Positions 62,286-64,000 of a stretch of 64,000 bases of DNA are shown here, one piece after another. Below the pieces are notes generated by a model. That model had not been told where the DNA came from. It did not search any database and saw nothing but the letters and a program-made list of their open reading frames with translations. Location of the stretch: positions 1,089,200 through 1,153,199 of the forward strand of contig CP091734.1 in NCBI GenBank assembly GCA_022009995.1, written 5' to 3'. Within the stretch, counting starts at the first letter, position 1. Every line of letters starts with the position of its first letter. This DNA comes from Clostridiales bacterium (GTDB lineage Bacteria > Bacillota > Clostridia > Christensenellales > CAG-917). A program made the translations under genes and the position numbers.

Positions 62286-63086
62286 ATGAAACTTGCTTTT
62301 TCGACAATCGGTTGCCCGAACTGGTCTTATGACGAAGTGGTATCCACTGCGTCCGATCTTGGCTACGACGGCTTTGAAGTGCGTGGTATCGGCGGCGAAA
62401 TCTATGCGCCCGACGTCAAACAGTTCAAACCCGAAAACATTGAAAAAACCAAAGAAAAATTGAAAAGCCTCGGGCTTGGCATCACCATGCTTACGTCGGG
62501 TGCGTCGCTTGCGGTGTATTCCGAAAAGGAAAAAGCGGTTGCGGAAGCCAAGGCTTATATCGACCTTGCGGAGTCGCTCGGCGTGCCGTACATCAGGGTA
62601 ATGTGCACCAACAGACCTATGCCCGACGGCGGCGATATCCAACTTTGCAAACGACTTTACAAGGAAATTTTAAGTTACGCAAGCGGGAAAAACGTCCTGC
62701 CTCTTATCGAAACGAACGGCATCTTTTGCGACACGAAACTGTTGCGCGATTTTGTCGAAGAGTGCGACGGCGGCGTGCTGTGGGACATAAATCACCCGTA
62801 CCGTTTCAACGGCGAAAGTATCGAAACAACGCTCAAAAACCTTGGCGGCAGAATTTGTTACGTCCATATCAAGGACAGCGTCGTCCAGAACGGCGTCACG
62901 AAATATAAAATGCTGGGTTACGGCGATATTCCCGTCAAAGACGCTTTGCGCGGATTGAAGAAAGCCGGATACGACGGCACCGTTTCGCTGGAATGGGTGA
63001 AACGCTGGGAGCCCGACCTCGAAGAGCCCGGCATCGTGTTTTCGCAGTTCATAAGCACGATAAAAAGATATCTGAAACAATTATAA
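62286..63086 (+). CDS. Sugar phosphate isomerase/epimerase (xylose isomerase-like TIM barrel)
   Basis: MKLAFSTIGCPNWS...GYDGFEVR...YVHIKD...VSLEW pattern typical of the AP_endonuc_2 family. Confidence 0.75.
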   Translation: MKLAFSTIGCPNWSYDEVVSTASDLGYDGFEVRGIGGEIYAPDVKQFKPENIEKTKEKLKSLGLGITMLTSGASLAVYSEKEKAVAEAKAYIDLAESLGVPYIRVMCTNRPMPDGGDIQLCKRLYKEILSYASGKNVLPLIETNGIFCDTKLLRDFVEECDGGVLWDINHPYRFNGESIETTLKNLGGRICYVHIKDSVVQNGVTKYKMLGYGDIPVKDALRGLKKAGYDGTVSLEWVKRWEPDLEEPGIVFSQFISTIKRYLKQL

Positions 63087-63101
63087 ATCCGAAAATAAAA
63101 G

Positions 63102-63126
63102 TCGCGCCGATCGGTGCGATTTTTTT
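63102..63126 (+). terminator. Rho-independent terminator
   Basis: TCGCGC / GTGCGA stem followed by T7. Confidence 0.6.
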
Positions 63127-63176
63127 GTGTAACGCAACCCGCCTTCCGCATATAATGATAAAAACGCGGAGGGCTT

Positions 63177-64000
63177 ATGAATAACGATAAACGACTGGAA
63201 ATAATTTTCAACCATATTAAAAACGGGGTGGAATTTATATCGACGGATAACGTCTTTATCGACGAAACCGTGCGTATCGGCAAACACACGATAGTTTTTC
63301 CCGACCAGTACATAAGGGGGAATACCGTGATCGGCAACAGTTGCGTCCTGGACACGGGAAACGTCATTGAAGACAGCATAGTCGGAAACGGCGTAACAAT
63401 CATAAAAAGCGTGTTAAGGAATGCAAAAATAGGCGATAAAACCACTGTCGGGCCGTTTGCCAACGTTCATACCAACGCCGACGTCGGGAAAGAATGCAGG
63501 GTAGGAAACTTTGTGGAAATCAAAAACGCGACCGTCGGACAGCGCGTCAAGGCGGCGCATCTCGCGTACGTCGGCGACGTCGATATCGGCGATTTGTGCA
63601 ACGTCGGGTGTGGCAGTATCTTTGTGAACTACGACGGCAAAAACAAGCACAGAAGCACCGTCGGTGAAAGCGTTTTTATCGGCAGTAACAGCAACGTCAT
63701 CGCGCCTGTAAATATTGAAAACAACGCCTATATCGCGGCGGGCACGACCGTCACCGTCGACCTTCCGAAAAACTGTATGTGCATCGGTCGAAGCCGCGAA
63801 ACCGTCAAGGAAAACCGCACGAAGTACGTCAAAAACCAGTTTGATATGAAATACTTCGGCACGGACGGCATACGCGGGATTTACGGCGAAACGCTTTGTG
63901 ACGACCTTGCGTACCTTGTCGGAAACTTTTTGGGTTATTCCGCGGACGGCGGCAAAGTCGTGCTCGGCAGGGATACGAGGATAAGCGGCGAAAAACTATC
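63177..64000 (+). CDS. GlmU C-terminal (LbH) GlcN-1-P N-acetyltransferase domain, as sequenced fused in frame to the N-terminus of phosphoglucosamine mutase GlmM; runs off the right edge
   Basis: RBS GGAGGG. Residues 1-223 match the GlmU acetyltransferase half (..VGNFVEIKNATVG..AHLAYVGD..GCGSIFVNYDGKNKH..IGRSRETVKE..). From ATG 63846 it reads MKYFGTDGIRG, the GlmM/phosphohexomutase N-terminus. No nucleotidyltransferase domain is present. Confidence 0.75.
   Translation, partial: MNNDKRLEIIFNHIKNGVEFISTDNVFIDETVRIGKHTIVFPDQYIRGNTVIGNSCVLDTGNVIEDSIVGNGVTIIKSVLRNAKIGDKTTVGPFANVHTNADVGKECRVGNFVEIKNATVGQRVKAAHLAYVGDVDIGDLCNVGCGSIFVNYDGKNKHRSTVGESVFIGSNSNVIAPVNIENNAYIAAGTTVTVDLPKNCMCIGRSRETVKENRTKYVKNQFDMKYFGTDGIRGIYGETLCDDLAYLVGNFLGYSADGGKVVLGRDTRISGEKL

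Overview
This 64 kb window looks like core chromosome from a Bacillota (Clostridia-like) bacterium, roughly 50% GC as judged by eye and coding on both strands. That placement rests on gene content: addAB, a dnaD/dnaI-like pair, DivIVA, cdaA, a T-box leader, a preQ1 riboswitch, ywlC-ywlE synteny and a large Alu-domain SRP RNA. I can support about 52 protein genes, mostly housekeeping: ppa, a three-gene glycerol-3-phosphate dehydrogenase-like cluster, comEC-holA, cdaA, aspartate kinase, GTP-PEPCK, galT/galK, lgt, pncB, corA, tsaC, ileS and two acyl-CoA synthetases. There are also several surface lipoproteins, one of about 1770 aa combining InlB-B-repeat and BspA-LRR domains. RNA features are tRNA-Glu(CUC), tRNA-Thr(CGU), an SRP RNA and a 6S-like sRNA candidate. 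The main caveat is that about 38 single-base frameshifts break 23 genes, including ileS and ppa, and many sit in homopolymer runs. I read these as consensus errors, so gene coordinates below are merged reconstructions. No prophage, defence island or CRISPR array is visible. Items worth a second look: an Ile-type T-box in front of an acyl-CoA synthetase; a perfect 24-bp inverted repeat bracketing 234 bp between the SRP RNA gene and a lipoprotein gene; a REP/MITE-like structured repeat family near a RAYT-like Y1 transposase; and an apparent fusion of a GlmU acetyltransferase domain to GlmM.
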